Assembly (NCBI GenBank): GCA_965222115.1
Contig: CBDCTJ010000007.1
Location: 32,001 to 96,000, forward strand
Direction: 5' to 3'
Origin: Planctomycetota bacterium
GTDB lineage: Bacteria; Planctomycetota; PLA2; JAEUHO01
DNA length: 64,000 nt
Within the stretch, counting starts at the first letter, position 1. Each line of letters opens with the position of its first letter. Shown here in pieces: positions 43,871 to 53,565 of this stretch. The translations under genes were made by a program, and so were the position numbers. The notes beneath the pieces are model-generated. The model was not told where the DNA came from. It worked only from the letters and a program-made list of their open reading frames with translations, and did no database searches.

Positions 43871-45787
43871 ATGAGGGCCGCCAACCAGTTACGGATCGAG
43901 CCGCGCACCGCCCTCCAGATTCGTCATTGCGCCATGGGGTTGTTCGAGCTCTTTCTCTTCGCGGGCTACGGGGCATTGCTTGAATACTTCGGCGCCTTTG
44001 CACCACACGACACCGTTGATTTGCTGCTCGCGTCGGCCATCGTTTGCCAACTCTTGGTCATGCGCGGCATGGTCGTGAGTGGCTGGATGCCCATCTCGGG
44101 GTGGATTGCCAAACAGGTGCGTGGCATCGGTCGGCGACTGCATCACATGTTGGCACCGCGCTACACGCTTGCGTTTCGTCGCAGCGCGCAGCACCCCACG
44201 GGGCACGATTCAATTCTGCTTGTGCCCATCGTCGTGTTGTGTGTATTGGCGTGCATCGCCATCGGTATGGGGCACGCACTGTTTCCCGCGCTCCTGAAGA
44301 TCAAAGCGATCGCGGGATACATTCCCTACATCGCGCTGCTACTCGCGTTGTGGTCGTTGTTGGGCATTGTGATTGCCTTTGGTATGGTGTCGGCGGCGCA
44401 ATGGATCCAAGACATGCAGCGTCGGCATCGACGCGAAGGCCTTTTGTTCCTTGTGAGCAGTGGCGTGTGGGTGGGCGGCCTGCTCGCGATGGCTTTGCTG
44501 CCTGGCATCGTACCGGTGCTCGCCATCGCCTACATCGGTACGCGACGCGCCTTGGCGATAGGCCGAGGAAATCACGAAACGTATTACTTCTGCCGCCGCG
44601 GCAAACAAGGTCAAGCGCGCTACATTCCGGTTCGCGCGTATTTGCGTCGGCGACTGCTGGCGGCCACGGCCTTTCTCGTATGGGTAACGGCACTGGGCCA
44701 AAGCGGACGCCTCTGGGATGCCGCGTGGCCCGAGCAACCGTTTGCATTCACCACGTGGCTGGCCCTATTGGCTTCGTTGTGTGGCCTCGTATTGCTGGAA
44801 CACGCGGGCGTTCATTTCAGGCGCATGGTCGGACGAGGCGCGCCCCTCCCGGAAGTGCCCCTCGTGCCCACACTTTGGATTCGATCGACCTCACCCACCA
44901 CCCAGACCGTACACGATGACACCACCACGTTTTGGCGGGATACCGCAACGCGCGAGGGGTGGCATGTCGTGGATGCGCAGAGCGCCCCGCGTACCGGTTT
45001 CGATCTCATGGTGGGCGATCCCAATCATCCGCAGCGACTTGAGCCGCGCGGTATTGAGGGCATTCAAGATCCGTTTGCGGTCGAGCTGTCGCCCGCGGAT
45101 GCAGCGTTTCGATTGACGCGCCGGTTTCATGTGACCAAGCGACGCATGTTCTTTCGGCGCTTGAAGACGCTCTTCAAGGCACTTCGTCATTGCGATCGCT
45201 CGGAGGGCACGGGGTTTCTATTCTGCCCCCACGTGTGGTTGATTCCCGGTGTCACGCGCGATGCCGATCCACGTAGCACCTCAACAAGTGGTCCCCAACT
45301 GCATGGGCCGCTCTATGCGGATGTGTTCAGTCATCGTATCCGGCGGTACGTGGGCGCCATGTTGCGCGACATGGATATCGACGTGATCTTCTGGGAAGAC
45401 GCCGTCGGTTTTGCCGACGTACGCCGCGTATTGCGCGTCATGTTTGAGAACCACGATCAGTCGCGAACGCCCGCGCGCGCAAGTCAGTTCGCCGGTATTC
45501 CCCGCGTACGCGTATTGATTCAATCGGAGATCGCAGACTTCAGCGCGCCCACGGACGACGTCACATCGTCGGTCGAGGACACGTCGTTTGAAGAAGCAAT
45601 GGACCATCCGACGCATCCAACGTCCATTGACGATTCGCCGCAGGGCTCTCCAGGGAGTACGACGGATACCGACGGGGCGGTCCACACCCGTCTACTCATG
45701 ATTCTGCGCGACCGCGGCGGCGAAGACGAGACCACGCCGGTGACGCCCGTCGATCACGGGCTCCGGAGTCCCGTGCTGTCGAGCTAG
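43871..45787 (+). CDS. Hypothetical multi-pass membrane protein with soluble C-terminal domain
   Basis: Seven to eight hydrophobic helices, then a ~300-aa soluble region (GFLFCPHVW, DVIFWEDAV); alternative start ATG 43934. Confidence 0.7.
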   Translation: MRAANQLRIEPRTALQIRHCAMGLFELFLFAGYGALLEYFGAFAPHDTVDLLLASAIVCQLLVMRGMVVSGWMPISGWIAKQVRGIGRRLHHMLAPRYTLAFRRSAQHPTGHDSILLVPIVVLCVLACIAIGMGHALFPALLKIKAIAGYIPYIALLLALWSLLGIVIAFGMVSAAQWIQDMQRRHRREGLLFLVSSGVWVGGLLAMALLPGIVPVLAIAYIGTRRALAIGRGNHETYYFCRRGKQGQARYIPVRAYLRRRLLAATAFLVWVTALGQSGRLWDAAWPEQPFAFTTWLALLASLCGLVLLEHAGVHFRRMVGRGAPLPEVPLVPTLWIRSTSPTTQTVHDDTTTFWRDTATREGWHVVDAQSAPRTGFDLMVGDPNHPQRLEPRGIEGIQDPFAVELSPADAAFRLTRRFHVTKRRMFFRRLKTLFKALRHCDRSEGTGFLFCPHVWLIPGVTRDADPRSTSTSGPQLHGPLYADVFSHRIRRYVGAMLRDMDIDVIFWEDAVGFADVRRVLRVMFENHDQSRTPARASQFAGIPRVRVLIQSEIADFSAPTDDVTSSVEDTSFEEAMDHPTHPTSIDDSPQGSPGSTTDTDGAVHTRLLMILRDRGGEDETTPVTPVDHGLRSPVLSS

Positions 45788-45918
45788 CTGGGCGCGATGT
45801 GCCGTCTCGCGTGAGGCACACTTCGAAGCGCATGATGCGTTGATTCGCTTGCTGTGAGGGTGCTCGCCAGGGGGCCTCTGCTGCCCCTTTCGGTAAGCTA
45901 GTCGTGGAGGTCCACTCG

Positions 45919-47541
45919 ATGTATCAACGAATCCAATTGAGCCTGCGCGGCTTGGCCCACGGCGCGGTGCTGGCGCTTACGATTCTGACCATGCCCACGC
46001 TCACGTTGGCAGACGAAGAAGGTAAAGCGCCCGTCGCAGAGAAGCCACCCGTTGCCGAGAAGAAGGCAGCAACGCGCACGATCATGCTTCCACGCGAAGC
46101 ATTCAGCATCGACCTGCCGGGAACTTGGAACTTCAATCAGTACGGTGAATCTGTATTTTCCGCAACACGGGGTGATGCTCAGATTTGGATTTACGAAAGC
46201 GATGACGACACCCGCGCTGAAAAGCAAATGGAACGATTCGTCTCGCGCCTCAATTCGGCGCGCGATCAAGAAGGCCCGCCGCTGGAGGCATCTCGTTTTC
46301 GCGCCGCGGGTGCCGAGCTTGCGTTGCAGGTGTGGTACGACGAATCCAAAGAGACGCGGGTTATGGCCGTACTGAAACGCATCGATGGCAACGCCTACCA
46401 TGTAGAAGGGCGCGTTCCGGCCGGCAACAAGAGCGTTACCGCCGACGTGCGAGCGATGATTTCGTCGATCAACCTAACGCCCTACGTCAACCCCTCACGG
46501 CACGTGGACTGGAAAGACGGCTGGACGATGGATGTGCCGGTCGAGTGGCAAATCGACGCCTCGGAAGATGACACGGCCAAATTCACGTCCCCCAAGGAAG
46601 GGCAGTGCACCATTCGCGTGTTTCCCATCGAGAGTGGCGGGGTCGGTGAAACGCCGGAAGAAATCGAAGCGCGCGCTGCCAAGATTATCGACGACGCCGT
46701 GGCTCGCTTATTGAAACGATCTATCACCATCGTGCGTGAAGGAGACCTTAAGCGCGGCGTGCAGAAGATGACGCATGGACCCGCGGGGTCGGTCCTTAGC
46801 GCCACGTACGTCGGAAGCGGCAATTTCAAGGGTAAGGTCGCGCTTAGTTTCGAGTGTGTCGTGATCGATGGCGCTGGGGCACTCACGGCAAGAGACACGA
46901 GACACAAGAACATTGCCGAGACCGCGCGCGCCATCACCCGCACACTTCGACGCGGTACGCATCCCGGCAAACGGGTTGATCTGGCCGCGCAGAGACGCGT
47001 TACGAAGTTCCCCGCCGCGTACGGTCCCGCGCTGCGCTTTGTGTTGCCCGATCGATGGAGTTTTACGCCACCCGCCAACAAGATGCGTTTGGCGCAGATT
47101 CAGATTCCCGGTCAACCGGCGCTTTGGGGAACGGCCTATTGGTTTGGCAAGGGCCAGGGCGGAGACAAGGACGCCAATATGGCGCGCTGGAAAAAGCAGA
47201 TCGGTGGCGACAACGCGCAGCACAACGAGTCCACACTTCAAATCGGGAACGGCATTGTGGCCCACACGCTCGTAGGTACGGGTACGTACCAAGCTGCCGT
47301 ACGACCCGGCGCCAAAGAACGTGAAAACAAACCCGATCATCGCATGGTGACAAGCTTCATCGAGTGCCCCAACGGACCCATCATGATTAAGTTCGTTGGC
47401 CCGACGCGCGTGGTTGCAGCCATGGAAGCCAACTACGAAGCATGGCTACGCTCATTTACAGTCGCTGACGCGTCGGCGGCGAAGAAGAATGAAGTGAAGA
47501 ACGCCCCGCCGAAGAAAGAGACAAGCGGCGCGTCAAAGTAG
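45919..47541 (+). CDS. Secreted hypothetical protein with repeated PsbP-like domains
   Basis: Signal peptide; three units starting FSIDLPGTW / WTMDVPVEW / LRFVLPDRW; the last unit has GGDKDANMARW..Q and IKFVGP. Confidence 0.65.
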   Translation: MYQRIQLSLRGLAHGAVLALTILTMPTLTLADEEGKAPVAEKPPVAEKKAATRTIMLPREAFSIDLPGTWNFNQYGESVFSATRGDAQIWIYESDDDTRAEKQMERFVSRLNSARDQEGPPLEASRFRAAGAELALQVWYDESKETRVMAVLKRIDGNAYHVEGRVPAGNKSVTADVRAMISSINLTPYVNPSRHVDWKDGWTMDVPVEWQIDASEDDTAKFTSPKEGQCTIRVFPIESGGVGETPEEIEARAAKIIDDAVARLLKRSITIVREGDLKRGVQKMTHGPAGSVLSATYVGSGNFKGKVALSFECVVIDGAGALTARDTRHKNIAETARAITRTLRRGTHPGKRVDLAAQRRVTKFPAAYGPALRFVLPDRWSFTPPANKMRLAQIQIPGQPALWGTAYWFGKGQGGDKDANMARWKKQIGGDNAQHNESTLQIGNGIVAHTLVGTGTYQAAVRPGAKERENKPDHRMVTSFIECPNGPIMIKFVGPTRVVAAMEANYEAWLRSFTVADASAAKKNEVKNAPPKKETSGASK

Positions 47542-47584
47542 TTGGCCCGGCGATGTAGTTGGCCCGGCATGGGACTGACGGCAC

Positions 47585-49117
47585 CTACGTCGGCACACGC
47601 ACTTCCCGTGATTCACAACCGCGGCGCGCGTGATCGGCCGCCGCCGAAACACCGGTGGGGCTCCACGCCACGGCTTGCACCGCGCCGAAAAAGTAGCCCG
47701 GGGCGTTGCTCTCAACGATATCGGATAGCCCGCTACTGGGATCTAGGCACAGTGTCTCGTAGACGCCGCGAATGGCCTCAAGCTCATCCACATGCCGGTC
47801 AAACGTCTCAACATGCAGCACACCATCTTCCACGTGAAGCCGTGGTCGGGCCACGCTCTCGTGTAGAGAGGTGGCCTCGCGCAACGTGTGATCTAGCACC
47901 TGCATGATTGCCGTACGAATGCGCTTGCTACCTGCCGCGCCAAGCGCAATGCGGCGACCGTCATCACAGGCGGCAATTAGCGGGCACGTCGACGTCATCA
48001 TGCGTTCGCCGGGCGTGTGGGGTTGCTCGGGATCGTAGATGTCATCTTCGCCCATGAAGTTGTTGAGATGAATGCCCGTACTGCCTGCCATCACACCCGA
48101 TCCTTCTCCCAGCGTCGTGGTGTAAGCAACCACATTGCCTTTGCTGTCGGCGGTAGAGCAATGCAGCGTTGAACCGCCGGGCGAACTGGCCACGACCCCT
48201 TCGAGAAACTCGTCATCGAAGAGCTTGCGCTCGTATTTGTCGGTGCGCAGTGACTCGCCACGCAACATGGCGTCGATCAGTACACGATGACGTCGCGCGT
48301 CGGCGTGGGAGATGCTCGTAGGCAAGGCCGCCAGGATATGCATGGATCGCGCCAATAGGCCGCTCGTAAGGCATGGCGCCCGCGGGCAGAAGATGGTGGC
48401 ATCACGGAAGGGAAACGCGAGCGCCGCCGTTTCGCGCACGCGGTAGCTCGACAAGTCGTCTTGCGTAATGCCGCCTGCGGTGGCCTCGGTCATTGCCCGC
48501 GCCGCGGCCCCTTCATAAAACGCGCCAGGCCCCTCGTGTGCCAACGCATCCAGGAGGTCGCCGAGAGCCTGATGACGATAGATCTCACCCACTTCCAACA
48601 GTCGATCGTCCACCGAGATCGTTTTCCACGTTGCGTCACTTAGCGCAAAGATGGGCTTGAGGAGCCGAATGGCGCGGCGCATATTGGTGCTGACTTCCAC
48701 ACCCTCACGGGCGGCTCGAATCGCGGGCGCCATGAGTTCCTTCATGGGCATCGACGCGTAACGCTCGTGAATGTGAAAGAGTCCGGCTACGGTCCCCGGC
48801 ACAGCACACGACCCGCTACCTGCGAAAAAGTCCTGTGCCACGCCGTCAAAGACCACTTCAACGGGTTGCATGGAGGGACGATTGCCCGTGCGACCGATTC
48901 CTGGCAACGTGGAAAAGAAGTCGATCACACGCGGCGAACCGCCATGCCAGATCGTCATGAGTCCTGCGCCGCCTACACCGGTCATGGTGGGCGCTGAGAA
49001 GCAGGCCATCCATGCAGCGGCAATGGCGGCATCGACAGCCGTGCCGCCGGCTTCCAAGATGTCGGCACCCGCACGCGTACTGTGCGGATCACCGGATGCG
49101 CACGCTGCCTCGTTCAT
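47585..49117 (-). CDS. ggt: Gamma-glutamyltransferase / Ntn amidohydrolase family protein
   Basis: AGGTAVDAAIAA, TGVGG, AVPGTVAGL, nucleophile region GSTLHCSTAD..GN, GIHLNNFMG, GSKRI, PRLH. Confidence 0.88.
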   Translation of the reverse strand: MNEAACASGDPHSTRAGADILEAGGTAVDAAIAAAWMACFSAPTMTGVGGAGLMTIWHGGSPRVIDFFSTLPGIGRTGNRPSMQPVEVVFDGVAQDFFAGSGSCAVPGTVAGLFHIHERYASMPMKELMAPAIRAAREGVEVSTNMRRAIRLLKPIFALSDATWKTISVDDRLLEVGEIYRHQALGDLLDALAHEGPGAFYEGAAARAMTEATAGGITQDDLSSYRVRETAALAFPFRDATIFCPRAPCLTSGLLARSMHILAALPTSISHADARRHRVLIDAMLRGESLRTDKYERKLFDDEFLEGVVASSPGGSTLHCSTADSKGNVVAYTTTLGEGSGVMAGSTGIHLNNFMGEDDIYDPEQPHTPGERMMTSTCPLIAACDDGRRIALGAAGSKRIRTAIMQVLDHTLREATSLHESVARPRLHVEDGVLHVETFDRHVDELEAIRGVYETLCLDPSSGLSDIVESNAPGYFFGAVQAVAWSPTGVSAAADHARRGCESREVRVPT

Positions 49118-49148
49118 GGTGATCGTCAACCTCGTAGTTGGGTGATGG

Positions 49149-49355
49149 CTACACCCGCGGACGCTCGTCGGTGAGGGCGAGGTTGTTCACGGCTTGCCAA
49201 AGCGCCGCCAGAGCCTCTCGCACGTTGGCATCCACATGGGGAGCAAGATTCTCGCGCGCAAGCATAGCCTTAAGCGATTCGTAGATTGTCAGGAGCGCCC
49301 TCTCATCGTCGGTTAACCGCGTTCCCAAAACATCGGTGCCGGGTTCGTTGCTCAT
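49149..49355 (-). CDS. Small helical hypothetical protein coupled to the CoA ligase
   Basis: 68 aa; the ATG is 2 nt after the ligase stop, with GGAG upstream. Confidence 0.75.
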   Translation of the reverse strand: MSNEPGTDVLGTRLTDDERALLTIYESLKAMLARENLAPHVDANVREALAALWQAVNNLALTDERPRV

Positions 49356-49357
49356 CG

Positions 49358-50698
49358 TTACGCTCCCTTGATCTTTCGCTCGTCCAAGACGCGCTTGGCC
49401 TTGAGTTCGAAACGCGGCAAGGCGTTGGCTTCAACCCGTTCCACGTGAATGCCTAAGCCTTCGGTGCTTTCGCTGAGGTCGGCGCGCAGGTGGTCGCGTA
49501 CACCGTCCCACTGATCTTCGTAGCCCGGACGCACTTCGCAACGCACCGCGATCTCATCGCGGATACCGTCCTTGGTCCAGAGGTAGATCTGAAACTCGTC
49601 CACCGCCGGGTACTCACGCACAATGGCTTCTACGGCGCGGGGATAAATGTTGGTGCCGCGCACCAGCAACATGTCGTCCACCCGTCCGCGAATGCCGCCT
49701 TCATAGAGATCCCACGTGCGGCCGCAATCGGAATGGGTGTGGGGCACCTTGATCACGAGGTCGCGCGTGCGGTAACGAATCAAAGGAATCGCTGTGCGGC
49801 CAAACGAAGTAACGACGCGCTCCCCCCGCTCGCCGTAGGGCACCTCTTCGCCGGTCTCGGGATTGATCACTTCTTCAATGTAGTGATCTTCAATGATGTG
49901 ACAGCCACCGGGCTGATTCCACGACTCAAACATCATGATGGTGCCGAGTTCGGTCATGCCCGCGGTGTCGGCCGCCTTGGCGCCCCACTGTTCTTCGATC
50001 ATGCGCTTGGACGCCGGAATCGAACCCGCGGGTTCACCCGAGAGAATCAAGCGCGACACCGCGCTTCCGGGTAGGTCGATGCCCAAGTTCTGCGCTTCTT
50101 GCGCAAGCCGAAGCGCATACGTGGGCGTTGCGCAGACCACCGTGGCATCCATTTTGTCAATGAGTTCGACGCGCCCCGCGGTCGTCATGTTGCCGGACGG
50201 AAGGACGAGGCAACCCATCTTTTCGCAAGCGTAGTGCGCGCCCCAGAACCCAATAAACGTGCCATAGCTAAACGCAAAGAACACGCGATCGTTGGGACGG
50301 ATGCCAAAGCCGTGAAAGCCATAACACCAACACTCGGCAATCCACTTCCAGTCGGTGCGCGAATCGAGCACGCGCAAGGGTGTGCGACCGGTTGTGCCCG
50401 ACGTGGTGTGATAGCGAATCGCTTCTTCGACGGGGCGAATCAACATGGAGCCAAACGGCGGCTGCTCGTCTTGGGCGGCCATCCACGCATCGCGGGTGGT
50501 AAACGGAAGACGCTTGAGATCGTCGTAGCCCTTGATGTCGTCGGGTTTCACGCCCGCCTGAGTCATGAGGTCGCGATGAAAGGCGCTCTCACCGAATGCT
50601 CGCTCGACCACACCTTTCAATCGATGCCCCTGAAGGCGCCGCAGATCTTCACGCGGCATGGTCTCGGTCTTGGGATTCCAATAAGGACTGACGGCCAT
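49358..50698 (-). CDS. Phenylacetate-CoA ligase (PaaK)-like acyl-CoA synthetase
   Basis: TTSGTTG P-loop, TPTYAL, SGEPAG, GMTELG, PLIRYRTRD, GRVDDM..VRGTNIYP; GAGGAGG RBS. Confidence 0.9.
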   Translation of the reverse strand: MAVSPYWNPKTETMPREDLRRLQGHRLKGVVERAFGESAFHRDLMTQAGVKPDDIKGYDDLKRLPFTTRDAWMAAQDEQPPFGSMLIRPVEEAIRYHTTSGTTGRTPLRVLDSRTDWKWIAECWCYGFHGFGIRPNDRVFFAFSYGTFIGFWGAHYACEKMGCLVLPSGNMTTAGRVELIDKMDATVVCATPTYALRLAQEAQNLGIDLPGSAVSRLILSGEPAGSIPASKRMIEEQWGAKAADTAGMTELGTIMMFESWNQPGGCHIIEDHYIEEVINPETGEEVPYGERGERVVTSFGRTAIPLIRYRTRDLVIKVPHTHSDCGRTWDLYEGGIRGRVDDMLLVRGTNIYPRAVEAIVREYPAVDEFQIYLWTKDGIRDEIAVRCEVRPGYEDQWDGVRDHLRADLSESTEGLGIHVERVEANALPRFELKAKRVLDERKIKGA

Positions 50699-50834
50699 TG
50701 ACGACCTCCTCATCGTGGGGGCGGACGCGCAAGCCTACCCCTCCCCCCTCCGCCGTCAATCGGTGCCAGGAACCGTGGGGCAACGATGCCGCGTACGACA
50801 ACATCGGACTATCTTTGCGGTCGAGGAGTACGCC

Positions 50835-51248
50835 GTGGCCTTTCATGTTTCTCTACCGGTGCGCTATGGCTCGGTGGATTTTGCGCGCATCGTCTACTAT
50901 CCGCAGTTTCTACATTTCTGCCATATCGCGATGGAGGAACTCTTTGCAGCCGAGGTGGGCATTTCGTATGCCGACGCGCTCATCAAAGAAAACGTGGGCT
51001 ACCCCACGGTGAAGAGCAACGCGGAGTTCATCGCACCGGTGCCCTATGGCACAACGCTCGGCATGTCGGTCCACGTCACGCGCATGGGCAACGCATCGAT
51101 TGACTTTGTCTACGAAGGACGACTCGAAGACGGCACGCTCGCATTTCGCGTTTCAAACACCCAAGTCGCCGTAGACATGAAGGCCTGGGCCAGCGTCCCC
51201 ATCCCCCCCACCCACCGCGCGGCCTTCGAACGTCTCTTGCAACCCTGA
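50835..51248 (+). CDS. Hotdog-fold acyl-CoA thioesterase (4HBT-like)
   Basis: VRYGSVDFARIVYYPQF motif; GAGGAG before GTG 50835. Confidence 0.88.
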   Translation: MAFHVSLPVRYGSVDFARIVYYPQFLHFCHIAMEELFAAEVGISYADALIKENVGYPTVKSNAEFIAPVPYGTTLGMSVHVTRMGNASIDFVYEGRLEDGTLAFRVSNTQVAVDMKAWASVPIPPTHRAAFERLLQP

Positions 51249-51264
51249 TTCGAATCCCGCAAAA

Positions 51265-51281
51265 AAGTGCCGGGTGTAAAT
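51265..51281. repeat. REP-like intergenic repeat copy
   Basis: aagtgccgggtgtaaat is identical to 5811-5827 and embedded in the imperfect inverted repeat ccctga..gaatc / gattcaggg. Confidence 0.6.
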
Positions 51282-51290
51282 TTGCGCGAT

Positions 51291-52112
51291 TCAGGGGCGC
51301 GTGCCCCAGACGGCGAAGAGCAGCCAGCAGCCGTAGCGCGAGGGGTCCTCGACGGCATCGGCGAGGCTATCGAACTTGGCGGCGATGGCTTCGGTGGTTA
51401 TGCCGAGTTGATTGGCTAAGAAGGCGGCATAGCCATCTCGCCAGTAGCGAAACATGGCGGCGAACGTAGCGCGGTCGGTGTTCTCGGTATCTACCGTGAG
51501 GGGACGCACGTGTACATCGGTGTATCCGAGTTCCTTGAGTTCACGCGCAGCGCCACGACCGTGCATGAGCTGCGTGCCCGTGTTCGCAACGGCCGGTGCC
51601 GCATCGTGAAATAACCGCTGGGCGCTTGTGTCAGCAGTATCAATGAGGATGCCTGCGTAGTCCTCGGCCAACACATACAACACGCCGCCGGGATTGAGAA
51701 TGCGTGTTGCTTCGTCGAGTATGACATCGGAGTCACCAATGGCTTGCAACAGGTGCCGAATCACTACGGCATCAAACGACGCATCGGTCCACGGCGCTTG
51801 GCGAGCGTCGCCTTGCACAAACTCGATGCCCAAGTCGCCATAGGCGGCACGTGCGCGGTCAAGATGAGATTCGCAGAGGTCAATGCCCGCGATCTCGAGC
51901 TTGGGCAATGCGTGTTTCAATCGACCACTAAACTCACCCGTACCACATCCCAGGTCGGCAAGACGCGTCGCGCGGTCGATGCCGATGGTCGAGAGCAGCC
52001 TTTTCTCAAGCGGCCAGATCATCTCAATCTGTGTCGCGAGTGTGCCCACCATGGAGTCGTCTTCCATGGCCGGGCGCTGCCCGTAGGTTGCATCGTCGGA
52101 CCGTTGATTCAC
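51291..52112 (-). CDS. Class I SAM-dependent methyltransferase
   Basis: LADLGCGTG motif I, GIDL, QGDA, ILNPGG; GTGA overlap with the HMG-CoA lyase. Confidence 0.88.
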   Translation of the reverse strand: MNQRSDDATYGQRPAMEDDSMVGTLATQIEMIWPLEKRLLSTIGIDRATRLADLGCGTGEFSGRLKHALPKLEIAGIDLCESHLDRARAAYGDLGIEFVQGDARQAPWTDASFDAVVIRHLLQAIGDSDVILDEATRILNPGGVLYVLAEDYAGILIDTADTSAQRLFHDAAPAVANTGTQLMHGRGAARELKELGYTDVHVRPLTVDTENTDRATFAAMFRYWRDGYAAFLANQLGITTEAIAAKFDSLADAVEDPSRYGCWLLFAVWGTRP

Positions 52113-53035
52113 GACTCGCTCGTTGGCGATGTGGGTAGCGGCGGCGCCTGATGCACGCGACTGACCAACGGACGATCGATGGCACGGGCCACGCCGCGCG
52201 ACGCGTCACGTAACGCTTCGAGATCCACACCGTGTGTTAGACCAAGACCATCTAACAGGAATACCAAATCTTCGGTTGCCAAGTTGCCCGACGCGCCCGG
52301 CGCAAACGGACAACCACCAAGCCCTCCTGCGCTTGCGTCAAAGCGCGAAATGCCAAAACGCAACGACGCCGCCACATTGGCAATCGCCATGCCACGCGTG
52401 TCGTGAAAGTGCATAACAAAGTCGGCATCGGGGAAATCGCGAAGCAACACGTCGAGCAGACGCGACACCTCGGCGGGCGTCCCCGCACCAATCGTGTCGC
52501 CAATTGAAAGTTCATCGCACCCCAGCTCAAGGAGTGCATCGCAAACGCGAGACACGGTTTCGGGTGAAATCGGCCCCTCATACGGACAGGCGATGGCGGT
52601 ACTCACGTAGCCACGAACGCGCATCGATGCGTCACGGGCGGCCTTCATGACGGGCTTGAATCGTTCGATCGACTCCTCAATCGTAGCGCCAATGTTCCGC
52701 TGATTGAACGACTCTGACGCGGCGGTGAATACCGCAATCGACGACACGCCGGCCGCAACCGCGCGTTCAAAGCCACGCATGTTGGGCACAAGGGCACTAA
52801 ACGTCACATCATCGGGTGGCGTACCGAGCAGCGCGAAGAGTTCGGCGGCGTCCGCCAACTGCGGAATGCGATCGGGCCGTACAAACGACGATACTTCGAT
52901 TTCGCGCAACCCCGCCTTGATGAGCGCACGTACAAAGCCTGCCTTGGATTCAAGAGGAATGGGCGTGGCCTCGTTTTGCAGCCCGTCGCGCGGTCCCACT
53001 TCGGTTATGCGAATCGCAGGAGATGCGGGCGTCAT
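52109..53035 (-). CDS. liuE: Hydroxymethylglutaryl-CoA lyase
   Basis: EVGPRDGLQNE, DTIG, HFHDTRG, GGLGGCPFAPGASGNLATED. Confidence 0.93.
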   Translation of the reverse strand: MTPASPAIRITEVGPRDGLQNEATPIPLESKAGFVRALIKAGLREIEVSSFVRPDRIPQLADAAELFALLGTPPDDVTFSALVPNMRGFERAVAAGVSSIAVFTAASESFNQRNIGATIEESIERFKPVMKAARDASMRVRGYVSTAIACPYEGPISPETVSRVCDALLELGCDELSIGDTIGAGTPAEVSRLLDVLLRDFPDADFVMHFHDTRGMAIANVAASLRFGISRFDASAGGLGGCPFAPGASGNLATEDLVFLLDGLGLTHGVDLEALRDASRGVARAIDRPLVSRVHQAPPLPTSPTSES

Positions 53036-53565
53036 TTTTCGGCGTCCGTCTCGAAGGTCACAAGCTCAGCGTCCTGTGACACCTGCGCCCCTTCTTGCAC
53101 AGCGACGTGTGCAATCGTTACGTCGCGAGGCGCGCGAACGACGTACTCCATTTTCATGGCTTCCACGACCACGAGCGGAGAACCCTTTGCACACACGTCA
53201 CCGCCGGCGACATGCACTTTGACCACCTTGCCGGTCATGGGGCTGCGGGCAACCGGTTCATCACTACCCGCGTCCGCGCCTTGGCTGCTGGGATCGTGAT
53301 CGGTGATCTCCCACGTATGACCGCCCAGCACCACATACGTTGTTTGGTGATGACGAATTACAACGGCGTGCAGCGTGAAATCGTCCATGCGAATCGCTAT
53401 CCGATTGCGACCGGCGCGCGCCACGTGAGCCTCCACGGGCTTGGATTCCGCTGCGTCGCCATCATCGAGCTTGGTTACAACGCTGGAGATGAGCCCCTCA
53501 CGCAATGTGGCTTCGATCTTGCGAACGACACTGCCGGCACGCACGTGCTTGCGAAGTGACTTCAT
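53032..53565 (-). CDS. Biotin carboxyl carrier subunit (split C-terminal part of MCC alpha)
   Basis: SPMTGKVV...VEAMKME biotinylation motif; ATGA overlaps on both sides. Confidence 0.88.
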   Translation of the reverse strand: MKSLRKHVRAGSVVRKIEATLREGLISSVVTKLDDGDAAESKPVEAHVARAGRNRIAIRMDDFTLHAVVIRHHQTTYVVLGGHTWEITDHDPSSQGADAGSDEPVARSPMTGKVVKVHVAGGDVCAKGSPLVVVEAMKMEYVVRAPRDVTIAHVAVQEGAQVSQDAELVTFETDAEK

